DNA from: Hormiphora californensis
Taxonomy: Eukaryota; Animalia; Ctenophora
Direction of reading: 5' to 3'
Assembly (NCBI GenBank): GCA_020137815.1
Contig: CM035353.1
Location: 1,984,001 to 2,048,000 of the forward strand
DNA: 64,000 nucleotides
In this document: in pieces, positions 63,602-64,000 of the stretch
Position numbering within the stretch: the first letter of the stretch is position 1
Layout: each line of letters begins with the position of its first letter
Notes under the pieces: model-generated
Told to the model about the DNA's origin: nothing
The model's input: the letters and a program-made list of their open reading frames with translations, nothing else
Databases searched by the model: none
Translations under genes and position numbers: made by a program

Positions 63602-63686
63602 GACTGACACTGACACTGAGTATGACTCTCATGCTGACACTGAGTATATGACTCTCACTGACACTGACACTGAGTATGACTCTCAC
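63602..63686. repeat. Short tandem repeat (gacactgacactgagtatgactctca) x3
   Basis: Direct inspection. Confidence 0.8.
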
Positions 63687-64000
63687 CGAGTAAAGTCAGT
63701 CCTTAAATAAAATTAACAATATATATAAGCTCTTTATCTTCCTCTGATATGCAATATCTGGCTCCTTCTCACTCTGATTATACTCCGATATGTTCTGAGA
63801 AGAATCATAGAGCTAGTATCTGCTGCCACACAGCTCTCTCTCTATCTCTCTAAAACAATATATAGTTCACGGCACACGATCCTCTTTTGTTGCATTGTCT
63901 GTAGTTATCGTGATTTCTCCCTGTTGTGGCTCAAACTTCACTGCCGCAGCATTGGCAATGACCTTAGTTCGGTGAAGTGAGTCATCATCACTAACTTCGG

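Overview
Repeat-rich, intron-containing animal genomic DNA from a draft assembly. It has a 100-N gap at 4382-4481 and several homopolymer-inflated low-quality stretches. An invertebrate origin, possibly ctenophore-like, is an inference only. Five spliced genes could be reconstructed by hand with phase-consistent junctions: part of an LRP-type YWTD/EGF receptor (-), a coiled-coil protein with a C-terminal CRYLR motif (+), a divergent Popeye-domain protein with a GC-AG intron (+), a rhodopsin-family GPCR (-), and a 4-TM MS4A/CD20-like protein with a P/Q/N-repeat tail (-). The rest is microsatellites, minisatellites, more than 20 MITE/foldback insertions with several TSD types, an ORF1-only LINE-like element in (CA)n, and two related R4/Dong-like 3' ends abutting (GA)n. 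The most striking pattern is repeated duplication of splice junctions. Two large minisatellites are amplified exon-end plus donor units, a third looks like an amplified acceptor, three short duplications copy splice sites, and two MITE TSDs coincide with splice sites.
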